The notes under the pieces were generated by a model that searched no databases, was not told the origin of the DNA, and saw only the letters and a program-made list of their open reading frames with translations. The position numbers and the translations under genes are program-made. 64,000 bases of DNA from Psilocybe cubensis (Eukaryota), in contig CM039006.1 of assembly GCA_017499595.2 (NCBI GenBank), forward strand, positions 1,116,001 through 1,180,000, given 5' to 3'. Shown piece after piece: positions 38,605 to 49,005 of the stretch (the stretch's first letter is position 1; every line of letters begins with the position of its first letter).

Positions 38605-40248
38605 TTAGTGGTTTTGGCAGTTGTAATCACAACTAACCAGGTCGAAGCTTCCGTCGTTGCCAAGAGAATCAAAAACAGCCATGTTCGACCCCTGCGAGAA
38701 CTTCATCATGTCCAACTTGAAACGGTGACCCGCATTCGGCGACGGCTGCATTCCATAATCGCCATTCTTTTCAGCTCCCTCCATGAGAGCGATCTGGTCC
38801 TCGTCTTCGATACATACATTGCGTTCAACTGCCTTGACGTGTTTTTCATATTCCTTTGCGACTCGCGATAAGACCCAAGCCGATTTGCTCGTCTCCTTGT
38901 TCTGGATGGTTGATCGCAAGACTAGCTTCATCCTATGTTCTCTTGTGACTTCGTCTGTACTCTCCAGAAAGACATACGAAAAATCAGGTGGTGCATCTAC
39001 ACCGATGCTGCTATCGCGAGGTTGGATAAAGGGGAGCTCCATCGAAAAAATGCCCAAGGTATCAATGTGATAGCGCTGGCAGATCTGGAGGAACTCCGCA
39101 AAGAAGCGGCGTGATGGTGGAATATAACGCGTATGATCCTCATCTTGGCTAATCAGTTTGTGCTCGAATTCTTCGAATTTGCCGTCCACGAGCATCCAGC
39201 TAGTCGCGGCGATGCACTGCGCGGAACCAGAGCCGGTGCTTTCATCCGAACGAATTGGGGAAGAGATCGTCACACCCTCTGCCCCATCTTCCTGTATGTT
39301 CGTGACCATTCGTTCGCCTTCATGAAGAGCGTGGTGGCGGTGAACGAGGCATATTCCAAATCGACCTGCCTCCTGTCCATCCAAAAATAGCCGTCGGAGT
39401 TCTCTCGTTTGGAAAAAATCGTAAAGTTTCGTCCATCCCTCGTTGCTCAGGACCTGACGTCGAAGCTCTTGGTTGGCGTCTTGGACGAGGTGGAGGCGAT
39501 TGTAGGATTGATAGTTGAACTTGAGCTCCGCGAGGTCCTCCACTCTACCAACTAGCCACGGTTCCTTTGTCGATCCAGGAACCCAAGCCTCCGGGACCAT
39601 GTCACCTTGGAGTTCGCCTCTTCGGAGCCACCTGGTCGTACGCCCACGGGGGAATCCATTGCAGGATCCCCGCACAAGGAGATTGTCAAAATCAACTGTG
39701 CCTCCGAAAAAGTCTAGAGAGAAAAGGCCCAACCCGGTGAGGCCAAATTCCGTACAGATACGATGGAAGTTTCGCAGAAAGCTCGGTGAGGGTGGCGACG
39801 GGTAATGATTGCAGGTGACGCCCGTCATGTCGTTGTACTCGTACTCCATAAACTTTCCATCGACGAGCACCCAGCTAGTTGCCACGATATGCCTAGATTC
39901 ACACCATTCTCTTGCCCTGGGCAGAGTAATGGAGGAGAAAGTAGCTCGAATATCTCGAGCTGGCGCAGTGTATGTGTTCTCCGGCATGGATGTGACTATA
40001 CGTTCTCCTTCCTCAAGAAGGATGCTGGAACGGTGCGCGACAAAAATCCCGAATCGGCGTGCTTCCGCTCCCTCCAGAAATAGTGTGCGTATGTCGTTAC
40101 GACCGAGAAAGTCCTTCGCGAAATCCAATCTCCCTAGCTCATTGCACAGTCGGTCATGAGCTTCCGTTATGACAGGTAACTTGTTGCACCCGTCGACGGT
40201 CAAAGGAGATATTTTGGTGTAATTTTTGGGATTGAAGTCGGGAATCAT
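38605..40248 (-). CDS. Intronless 547-aa uncharacterised protein with two tandem copies of an 'FGI-x-x-x-HR(H/S)...GER' domain
   Basis: Single 1644-bp ORF with clear internal duplication at protein and DNA level. TATA-like GTATAAAA about 105 bp upstream. Confidence 0.85.
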   Translation of the reverse strand: MIPDFNPKNYTKISPLTVDGCNKLPVITEAHDRLCNELGRLDFAKDFLGRNDIRTLFLEGAEARRFGIFVAHRSSILLEEGERIVTSMPENTYTAPARDIRATFSSITLPRAREWCESRHIVATSWVLVDGKFMEYEYNDMTGVTCNHYPSPPSPSFLRNFHRICTEFGLTGLGLFSLDFFGGTVDFDNLLVRGSCNGFPRGRTTRWLRRGELQGDMVPEAWVPGSTKEPWLVGRVEDLAELKFNYQSYNRLHLVQDANQELRRQVLSNEGWTKLYDFFQTRELRRLFLDGQEAGRFGICLVHRHHALHEGERMVTNIQEDGAEGVTISSPIRSDESTGSGSAQCIAATSWMLVDGKFEEFEHKLISQDEDHTRYIPPSRRFFAEFLQICQRYHIDTLGIFSMELPFIQPRDSSIGVDAPPDFSYVFLESTDEVTREHRMKLVLRSTIQNKETSKSAWVLSRVAKEYEKHVKAVERNVCIEDEDQIALMEGAEKNGDYGMQPSPNAGHRFKLDMMKFSQGSNMAVFDSLGNDGSFDLVSCDYNCQNH

Positions 40249-41807
40249 GATGGAAAAGAAATTAACTTCAAAGGACGAGGGATTATAATCAGTTGGTGAG
40301 TGGGAGACTTTGAGTTGGTTTTTGTATTTTCACCCTAGGTCAGTTCAATTTTTATACTACGAAATGTGCGACACGAGCAAACTTCAGGTATACTTCTTGA
40401 AACCAACAGGTTGCTGCACATCCTTAATACAAACTTATTTGGATAAATGTGTCGCAGGATTGACGCTGTAGTAGATGAAAAGACGGTATGTACTCGTTCA
40501 GGAGTTCATCGTGTGCGTTGTTTTGTCTAGTAAAACGAGTACAAAGAGAAGGAGGTTTATTTATAGCTCACGAGCGCCCAAGGAACCAATCGATGAAGGA
40601 CTCATGTTCGCCATGCGGTTACCTTTAACACTAGACATATACACTGCGTTAGCCTCATGTAAATTCAAAATATGTCTGTCATGTATGTATAGCAGTATCA
40701 TGCAGCCACGCCCTGTCGCGCAAACTCATGTTTGGGTGTCGTCCTTTAAGGAACCTGAATCGGTGATCATGACTAACGCAGTGTAAACTGCCGGAATATG
40801 CGGCAGAAAAAGCACTGCACATTCGTGTTGCCGATTCATTGTTTGAACCGTAAATTGCCTGACATTGTAATAGTGCCTGATTAAACATATATGGCGTTTC
40901 AATTGAATATAAACGGACTGCTTTGTTAACAGCGACGGGACGAAGTGGAGCATGCTAACGAGCTGTGAAGCAGAACAATATGTGCAATCACCAACATGGT
41001 CATATGTGTGTGGCGTTCATGGATAAAACAAGTAGCTAAAGAGAACGGGTGAAAGTAAGAGAAGTAAAAGGTTCAGAAGTAGGAAACCGGGATGAACTAT
41101 CTACATTGAGTAGGTCAGCAAGATAAATACGGTGTAACATGTTTTAAATTACCTATTTAAAGAGGTACCATTTAGCAGACCGTTGCATGTCGCTTTTTTA
41201 AAAGTTTTTTTGGTTATGCGTGCTTGTGATAAAACTGTAGATGATTTTAGCGAGGCACCTTGGTCGACATATTAGCAGCATAGCATGCCAAACAATGAAG
41301 ACGCTCACTGGATGCAACGTCTTTTACCACAGGACCTCCCAAATATTCCGAATCAAGTAATACTAAAGAGAGAAAATAACTTGAAATATTTGGTCAGCCA
41401 TGGCATTGAGCGAGTTTGCATAAACTCACAATATAGAAACAGGACCGAGGACCCAGATCCAGTTGGGCTTGATATAGTTTGAGTAGAATTTGACTGTAGT
41501 GTTTACAAATTATCAAGACCTAGGAAATGACAATCTGAGCAAACAATGATCGCATTCAATTATTAACACTCACCCAAGCAGATCTCTCGCATGTGGAAAG
41601 CCTTACGGCAGAACCACTGTGTATAAAGGGAGGTAAGACCATATGAATCATAATGGGAAGAGTGAGTTGTATCCCAATCCGACTCCACCTCTGTCCAACG
41701 CCTGAGCTGAATCACGATTAGTCAAAACTGACTAAAGAAAGGATATAGGAGAACATACCTCTAATCAATATCTGCTCGCCAGACTCGCCCACAAACATGA
41801 CAAACAA

Positions 41808-41996
41808 ATGCACCCGCCGTCACCCACGATTCACATCAGAAGCGACGATGGCATACAACTGATGCTACTTGTTTCGCGGGGAGGGGACGGGATACAACAG
41901 CATTTCATAAACATCCCCGAGGGCCCAGCTAGAAGCGACGATGGCATACAACTAGCTGAGCTGGTCTCGGGAGTGCCACCTATCAAGACGAGGTGA
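41808..41996 (+). CDS. Candidate small peptide with three R-x-x-D-G-I-Q repeats
   Basis: 62-aa ORF. Exact 23-bp direct repeat at 41838-41860 and 41931-41953, with a diverged in-frame middle copy at 41877. TATAAA at 41622 and a plausible upstream intron 41662-41748. Confidence 0.5.
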   Translation: MHPPSPTIHIRSDDGIQLMLLVSRGGDGIQQHFINIPEGPARSDDGIQLAELVSGVPPIKTR

Positions 41997-42786
41997 GGGC
42001 AGTGCCATCTGCCCCATCCATGACCCAACTTATGTAGGCATACCGCGCAGGCCTAACCCACCAGGCCGGACTGCGCGGCCGATGTGGAGTGCAATACTTC
42101 CTGCTGTGTCTTAAAGTCACTGGGAACGAGTCTACATTGGGCGGGGATTGGTTAGTGCTTTCAGGTCGATAGGACTGACAGTGTGGCAAATGGCTCTGGG
42201 CGATATGTCCTAGAGGCGAGATAAATTGAAAGGACACAAGCCAGGGCCAGTTTTGCCCTAGGCGTGGTCAGTAAAATGCTGCACACTACTGTCAGAAGAG
42301 TTGAACAACGGCGAGACGGATACGACTTACGCGGTTAAAGGTACGCCATTGCCGAAGCATGGTGTTCGTCTCAAAGATGTGCTGAGGGATAGCACTGAGG
42401 GTGAGGAACGATGCGCCTCTTCCGAGAGATGGTAGTGGAAGAGAAGCAAGAGACGATGGGCATTCTTTTTCATGGGCGACGGGTTCTTATACTTACTCTC
42501 CGTATGTCATTGTTTGTCTTCATCCAAGGTGGGTGACGACATAAACGATCGTACTTCTCAATAGGGAAATCGTCTTTCCCAAAAAGGTTGTCACCAGCAT
42601 CTGTTGCCATCAAATGTCTCATCTGAGAGATCGGGGCCGAGCGACTGGGTAGACTTGAAATAGTCCCGATGTCGTTTGCGGATTAAATTTTGGGCAAGAT
42701 TTCCACACATTAGTTCAACAATATTGAGTTTGATTCAAATATGGAACTAAAATGGCACAAGGTCAGCTACTAACTCTTCGAGGTGC

Positions 42787-43705
42787 TTAAAAGCCAAAGA
42801 GTTTCCCAAGAAAGCTCGATTTCTGCCTCGGGGTTTCATCAAGCTCGTCGTCAAAGAAGACCTTTATACTCCCATTCCTTGATTCCAGCCATATCGCGTC
42901 ACCAGCCCAATCGCCTGCGTCTCTGATAGCATTAGCGTCAAAATCGCCTATGAAGCTTCTTTGCGCGCCATTCAATTCCGAGAATTGGGTGACCAGCCCT
43001 CTGACAGATTCCGAGTACCTGAGGCTCCCATTGCGTAATGACACGCTGACTGGACCTTGAAAAGATCGCGGAATATAGATATTTAAAGACCCGTTCGCAG
43101 AGAAGGCTTTGATTTGTAGTGGCAGCCTACTGCCTCTAGATGCCACCTCGTGCTAGCTTGGATATCAGAAACGTGTAGCATGCATGTACAACGCGTCAAA
43201 GCTTACAATTTTCAGTGTTATTGTCCCATTGGCAGAGGATGACCGAATGATCGTTTGCTTCCGATTTGTCAATCGACGCGAGTCGTCATTGCTTGTGCCG
43301 GGTAGCACAAAAATCTCGGCCTGGATTGAACCATTCCTTGACATGAGTGATATGTTACCCCGCGTCTCTTCAGTCTCTCCATCTGTGAGAGAAGGTAGAA
43401 ACGCAGAAGGAATGATCATTGTGGGGTCAATTATCCAGGAGCCTTTGATGCTATCATTTTGTCGAGACAAGCAGACGAAATTGGAAGGCTTGATATCAGG
43501 GAGTGCCCTCGACGAAGATTGGATGGTGCTAGTTCCTTCCTGGGGGTCCATGTAGGGTGGTGGGGCTTCCTATATCCTTATTAGAATGTAATCCCGAGTG
43601 AATTCTGGTATTACGAACATTTTTCAATTCTGGTTCCGGTTCTGAAGTTGCTTCTCCTGCCTTGGATTTAGAGTCACCACCTTCGGGAACTTCAACGATC
43701 ATCAT
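42787..43705 (-). CDS. DUF7330-like protein (paralogue 2)
   Basis: MMIVEVPEGG...|EAPPPYMD...'SNFVCLSRQNDSIKGSWIIDPTMIIPSAFLPSLTDGETEETRGNISL'...'IYIPRSFQGP'...'SFIGDF'...'FLGKLFGF*'. Confidence 0.85.
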
Positions 43706-44112
43706 AACGGGGATTTGGCAACAATAGGTGGTAGATGCTATTTAAGCAATCTACGTAGAATCTTTATATATTTGTTCACGATGAGATGGCAGTGGGAGCA
43801 GTGGGCGCAGGTGCGCAGTTGGCAATGAAACAAGGCTGCGCAGTCATTGACTGCATTGATGATTTTGCGGCCGGAGCGGGCGGCCCTGTGTCATTTAGCG
43901 ATCACATGGATGGTTCAAATACTCGACGACTCGATGCAAACACGATGTTTCCACTGACCCACCGTGACACACCTTGTTACTCTGTATAGCCATGATAGTC
44001 AATCGCCCAACTAACACCGCTATTACAAAGGAAGCAAGTATACTAAAATATCGTTTCCGATGGATGACAATGCCAGACACAGCTTCCAGGTCGACAAGGC
44101 CCAAACCACCTC

Positions 44113-44969
44113 TCAACGACACCTGGGTACTTTGTACCTAGGCGATTCCTCGTCCTCAAAGGAGATTGTAATAGAACCATTTGGTGCTTCAGCAAATAAA
44201 ATGTCTCCAGTCCATTCTCCACTATCCTGGATTACAGCGCCGTTGAAATCGCCTAGAAAACCTACCTGTAGCCCATCATTGTCAGAAAATATGGTCACCA
44301 TTGGTTTCACCGCCTTCGAAAAGTGCACAGCCCCGTTTCTGACTTTGAAGCTCATCGGACCGTGGAAGAACCGTGGAAGGTAAAGAACGACGCTGCCCGA
44401 CGCGGATGAACAATTGACTTGAAGAGGCCATCGCGTTGGCTTTGGTGTCAATGAGGGTGCATTTGATGGTACATGCTCATGCTATGAAAGTATGATGCGC
44501 TGTACTAGTTGTTTCCACAAGAATTCCACTCACCAGCTTCATTATGATATCACCGTTCTGACAGGTTCCTCGAATATAAATTCGTTTTCTATGAATGTAT
44601 GCGGCCGTTGTCTGATCCTTCAACGAGGTCATGGGTGACAAAAGGAATATATCGGCGTAGATGAAGCCGCTCTGTATCACATCGAGCGATATATTGCTTC
44701 GTGTCTCTTCAGTTTCATCTGGCCTGAGCGGCGGGAGAAATATCGATGGGATTATCATCGTAGGGTCAATAACCCATGAGCCTCGTAACTCGTCATTCTT
44801 CCGTGAAATTTGCAACAAGTTGCTAGCCTTGATATCTGGGAGCTGTTTCAACATGTCACGATTGCTGTCCGGACTTGCTTTGCCATCGTTATGCGGAGGC
44901 AGGGTAGCCTACCTGGCCCTACCAGCTGGTAAGCTTGGTCTAAGGTCACAAACTTATGATGCATACCAT
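44113..44969 (-). CDS. DUF7330-like protein (paralogue 3, tandem duplicate)
   Basis: 'LPDIKASNLLQISRKNDELRGSWVIDPTMIIPSIFLPPLRPDETEETRSNISL'...'LYLPRFFHGP'...'GFLGDF'. The start (a single-codon ATG exon at 44969) is uncertain. Confidence 0.75.
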
Positions 44970-45349
44970 AGTGGCTTCTTCGTGATCCAATTCGTTATCC
45001 TTCGTGTTGGAGATATGAAGGGAACTAGACTTTATACAACAGAAGAACCGGGGGGCAGGGGTGTGTATCGTAATACCGTATGTGCAGGTATTCGAGATAT
45101 TGTCCTGGAGGTTGGCACTGAACAAGCCGTTGATTATAGATCATTAAGAGCGAGTTTCAGAGTGATACAGTAACGTTTGATTGATTGCACATCTGTTCCC
45201 GCACGATAGGAAGGTCGAGCCGAACTAAATATACACGGGATAAAGTGAATGCAACTCCATTTTGACTCCATTCAATCTTTGTACATGCTGAAAAGAATAT
45301 ATAATTTACACAAATATATTTAATGAATTATCTCTTGCTTTTAATGTGC

Positions 45350-46597
45350 CTAGGCGAAGATATGGAGGCAGCCGAGGTACTATTGAATGCGTGGTTAGGA
45401 CAGTCACCGGCAAATAATGAAATAAAAACATACGTTTGGTGGGTTGTTGAATCGGAGGTTGATGTTCAAACTTGAGATTTGCTTGCGTTCTTCATCGGTA
45501 AGGTCGAACGAAGCCGATTCCAAATTCTCGACGAGGCGCTTGGTCTCGGTACTCTTGGGGATGATGCAAAGACCTTGCTGAGTGGCCCAGCGCAGGACAA
45601 CTTGAGCGGGAGTCTTCCTGTATTTTTCGGCGATGGCAGTCGTAACAGGGTGGACGAATAGGGGGACTGCTTGTTTGGCATTGTCCCACTCGAGTTCTAT
45701 GAAAGAGGCAGGACCCAGCCTGGATTTATTTTGTCAGTTATCCTATCCGGGAGTGAAAAAGAAACGCGTTACTTACGATGAGTAGGCAGTGACGGCAATT
45801 CCTTCAGATTTGGCGTATTCGATGATTGCTTCTTGGGTGAGGTAGGGGTGGATTTCAACCTGGAGAATGCTGGGACGAATACGGGCATATCGCAGGAGAT
45901 CCATGAGGAGAGCTCCCTGGAAGTTGGAGACACCAATGGACTTGGCGAGGCCGAGGTCAACAAGGTTCTCCATAGCCTGCCAGGTCTCCTGGATCGTTGC
46001 CTTGGATTGGACGACCTTGCCTTGAAGGTTTTTCCAGCCAGATGGGTAGCTGTCCTTGGGGTCGACATACTCAAGAGCCACGGGGAAATGAATGTAGAAG
46101 ATATCGAAGTACCTGGAGCACACGATCAGCTACGGTGCAATCTAAAAACTGAAGCGTTAACTTACTCGAGTCCCCACCATTCCAGCTGTTGACGAACGAT
46201 CGGCTCGACGCGCTCTTTCTCATGGAAGGTATTCCACAGCTTGGAGACGATGGTAAGGTCCTCGCGCTTAACGATCCCCTCATCGATGGCACGCTTCACA
46301 CCAAGACCAGCCTCCTTCTCATTTCCGTAATCTGGACGATCGAAAGGGTCAGATAAGTTCGGATAAGGAAGTAGAGTGTTCTGCTTACCGAAGGCACCGT
46401 CGAACAGCCTGTATCCGAGCTTGATGGCATTATAGACGACATCGGCAGTGTTTTCGGTGACCTTCCAGAGACCAAAGCTGGCAGGGTTCACAGAAGGTGA
46501 TCAGGATCTAATCTTTTTCCCACGACAATAATACGACATACCCGATCTGAGGAATCTCTTGTCCGCTGTTGAGCTTAACCTTGGGGACGTTGGCCAT
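45350..46597 (-). CDS. XYL1: Aldo-keto reductase, xylose reductase type (AKR2B-like)
   Basis: '[18 protein letters not shown]', '[18 protein letters not shown]', '[10 protein letters not shown]', 'YIHFP', 'SIGVSNF', 'QVEIHPYL', 'VIPKS', 'NINLRFNNP', ending 'LHIFA*'. Confidence 0.9.
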
Positions 46598-46797
46598 TTC
46601 TGTGGATGAGTTTTTGGGATTCGGAAGAGAGAGATGGATAACGATAATCTTGCTCGACCTTTCAGCTTTTAAATGAGCGCAGAACCCTACCGGTCCGTCG
46701 GATAAGCCTCGCAAAAACGACGGACAGAATTAGTCTCGCGTGAACTATTTATTACAGGCAATTACATACCGATCAGGGCTTGTCACCCCTGTATCTG

Positions 46798-46824
46798 CCC
46801 CAGCCCGCCCCAGTTTCGCCCCGC
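46798..46824 (-). promoter_or_regulatory. Three SYGGRG (CreA/Cre1/Mig1-type) motifs in the bidirectional XYL1/amidase promoter
   Basis: CCCCAG 46798-803, CCCCAG 46808-813 and CCCCGC 46819-824 read CTGGGG, CTGGGG and GCGGGG on the minus strand. Confidence 0.5.
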
Positions 46825-46854
46825 TGCCGAGAATGAGTGGGAAAATCGCCAAAG

Positions 46855-48895
46855 ATGCTGTTTGCTTGGCTCTCTCATCGTCGAGCATGGTGAGTTCCCC
46901 CTATTGAATTGTCGGCCTATTCAATCGCATCCCCCCTCCTGATCTTTCTTTCAGCAAAGCGAAGCAGGAAGAAAGACTTCGAAGGATCAAGGACCTGCAT
47001 CCAAGATTCCATGAACCGCTCAATGCAAGCGACAGAGCGATTCTCGACCAGTACGTTGAAGACCTGGTCTCCAGTGTTCAGTCTGGCACCCTCAGAGCTA
47101 CCGACATATTGACAGCGTATGGAAAAAAGGCGCTCAAGGCTCATAAAGCAACGAACTGCTTGACTGAAATCATGATTGGTTCCGCTGTCCATTGGGCCCA
47201 GGACTGTAAAACCAACGGGCCGTTGGCTGGCATACCAATAAGTCTGAAAGACGTACGTTCAGGGTGTGATAAGAGTTATTTTCGATAATGCTTACTATAG
47301 CATTCTATCTCATTCTACACATATTTCCAGACTATCGGCGTCGAAGGTTGGGATGGGTGCATTGGGTATTCTGCGTGGGTCGGTAAACCGGCTCAAGAAG
47401 ATTCAGCTCTGGTGAAACTTCTGCGCGATGCTGGCGCCGTTCCATTCGTCAAAACCAACATCCCGATCACCCTCCTCTCTTTCGAGTCCGCGAATGATGT
47501 GTTTGGTAGAACGACCAATCCCCACAAGAGCACACACTCCCCGGGAGGATCAACTGGGGGAGAAGCGGCATTGCTCGCCTATGGGGGCTCGCGGATCGGA
47601 ATAGGCACCGACGTTGCTGGATCCGTTAGGGTACCGGCTCATTATTCAGGAATCTACTCTATCAAAGCGTCTGTGGGTCGCTTTTTGAAGATGGGGAGCA
47701 GTACGAGCATGCCTGGTCAAGAGGGCGTTGCTCCTGTCTACTCACCAATGGCGAGAACTCTGGAAGATCTTGACTTTTTCTGGAAAGCTATCTTCATGAT
47801 GGAACCGTGGAAGTACGACCATTCGGTAAGGCAATGATCGGCAGCGTCATATTTAACCCTGCTCTCACCGGAATGTCCAGTGTCTCCCGATCCCATGGAG
47901 GACGATCAACTTGGCCGATAAACCCCTGAAGTGGGGAGTTATGTGGGACGACGGTGAGAGTTGTGCTCGCCGACTACCAAATTTTCTCAAAGGTTTTAGG
48001 TGTCGTTCTTCCCTCACCGGCATGTAAGCGCGCACTGGAAATCGTCGTCAGAACTCTGCGAAAAGCGGGGCATGACGTGGTGGAAATGTAAAAATTGTTT
48101 ATCATTTCTTAGCTCTGTCACTGAAGAGTTCTTGCTGTTGCATTAGAACTCCCCCTAGCCCATACGACGCCCTCAAACTCGGATCGCGTTTAATCCTAGC
48201 AGACGGCGGAAAAACCGCGACATCCCCCATACGGTTCTTCGAATGGAACGACTCGGGTATGGTACAAGCGATGCGCATGTTCCGGCTCCCCTCTCTGTTG
48301 CGGCGTCTGTATGTCATGTACATCAGATACATCAAACGCGATGAGGTGTACGCTGGGCTTTTGGATGGCTGGCATGATAAAGCTGTGGTGGACTTTTGGC
48401 CCCTAGTCGCCCAGAGGGAAGCCTACAAAGCGAAATGGTGGAAGTTCTGGGGGGATAATCAACTTGATTTCATCCTCACTGTCCCTAATGCATTACCTGC
48501 TGTTCCTCATGGAGGAATGAGGAATGGATTTTCATCGTGTGGATACACATTCCTTTTTAATCTGGTGAGTTCTTCTGGGAGCAATCGCCCATTTTTATAA
48601 CGATGCGGTTGATATCTATGGGCTATAATAGTTGGATTACTCTGCCGGTGTGCTTCCTATCACCCACGTCGATAAAGACCTTGATCAACTTGGCGTGTTC
48701 TCGCCCCGCAATGCGATCGAGAAAGGGGCATATATGGATTACAATGCCGACGATATGCACGGGCTACCAGTTGGAGTGCAGATAGTTGGGCAAAGACTGG
48801 AAGAGGAAAAAGTCATGGAAGGAATGAAAGTTGTAGAAAAGCTCTTGAAGGAAAGTGGAATGGAGTATAAACTGCTTGACGGCTGCGATACGTAG
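46855..48895 (+). CDS. Amidase signature family enzyme
   Basis: 'GPLAGIPISLKD' (Lys), 'PFVKTNIP', 'SPGGSTGGEAAL' (cis-Ser), 'IGTDVAGSVRVPAHYSG' (nucleophile Ser), 'GLPVGVQIVG'. Confidence 0.95.
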
Positions 48896-49005
48896 GTAAC
48901 CTTGTTGATAAACTTGTTGACTCGACTCGTAGTTCCTGTTACGAACTTTAAATGAAATACTGTTTTATGTGCTCTGTATTCTACAGCGGTATTTTGAGTA
49001 AGAGT

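Noticed and set aside
41797-41862. Alternative frame MTNKCTRRHPRFTSEATMAYN* (repeated MAYN*) as the real product
   Set aside because: The middle repeat is conserved by synonymous changes only in the DGIQ frame. Not fully excluded, because a spliced MGRENIPL...MAYN* ORF is also possible.
41838-41953. 23-bp direct repeats with spacers as a CRISPR-like array
   Set aside because: Eukaryotic context, only two exact copies, no cas genes, and the divergence pattern fits codon structure.
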